NCBI GenBank assembly: GCA_951804945.1
Contig: OX638152.1
Location: 86,366,001 to 86,430,000, forward strand
Origin: Podarcis cretensis
Lineage: Eukaryota
Reading direction: 5' to 3'
DNA length: 64,000 nt
Shown: positions 63,829-64,000 of the stretch, in pieces
Position numbering within the stretch: the first letter of the stretch is position 1
Layout of the letters: every line of letters begins with the position of its first letter
Notes under the pieces: model-generated
The model's input: the letters and a program-made list of their open reading frames with translations, nothing else
Told to the model about the DNA's origin: nothing
Database searches by the model: none
Translations under genes and position numbers: made by a program

Positions 63829-64000
63829 TATTTATAATGATTTCAACAATTGCCTCCAGTCTCATGTTTCCTGCCCACCAAACATTTTGATTCACAATTT
63901 TTTTGTGTTGGGAGCAACAAACAGCATTTTACGTACGATGCCTTGTAAAATAGTTATAAATCCCCACTATAGAGTTGCTAGAAGTAGCCGGGGATTTAGT

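Larger units (their letters stand above)
48086..64000 (-). other. FARP1: FARP1 5' intron (upstream of first coding exon); promoter and non-coding exon 1 not in window
   Basis: Ends in a canonical acceptor; no CpG island visible in 48-64 kb. Confidence 0.7.

Overview
Eukaryotic, repeat-rich intronic DNA from a squamate reptile. The Sauria-type SINEs and CORE-SINEs point to a lacertid lizard such as Podarcis. The only host coding sequence I can support is one minus-strand exon (47891-48085; CDS 47891-48061, MGEVEQRTTAGSRLGVQENAGISTLEHGQKMPTTPTGKLISIKVQMLDDAQEAFEVP), the first coding exon of FARP1. It is absent from the supplied ORF track. The rest of the window is inferred to be FARP1 intron: 48086-64000 upstream and 1-47890 downstream. 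These introns hold about 11 copies of one Tc1/mariner (pogo/Tigger-like) MITE plus sister families, hAT MITEs, 7 Sauria SINEs, CORE-SINEs, L1/L2/RTE fragments, a solo LTR, a probable DIRS/Ngaro remnant and microsatellites. The most unusual structures are: (i) a perfect spacer-less 150-bp palindrome inside a 182-bp Penelope-like insertion, folded at a hammerhead-ribozyme stem; (ii) a SINE flanked by a 95-bp direct duplication; (iii) inverted repeats bracketing the FARP1 start-codon exon; (iv) MITE families that share one scaffold but carry different repeated motifs. I see no convincing new protein-coding system. Family assignments come from recognising motifs, not from database searches.
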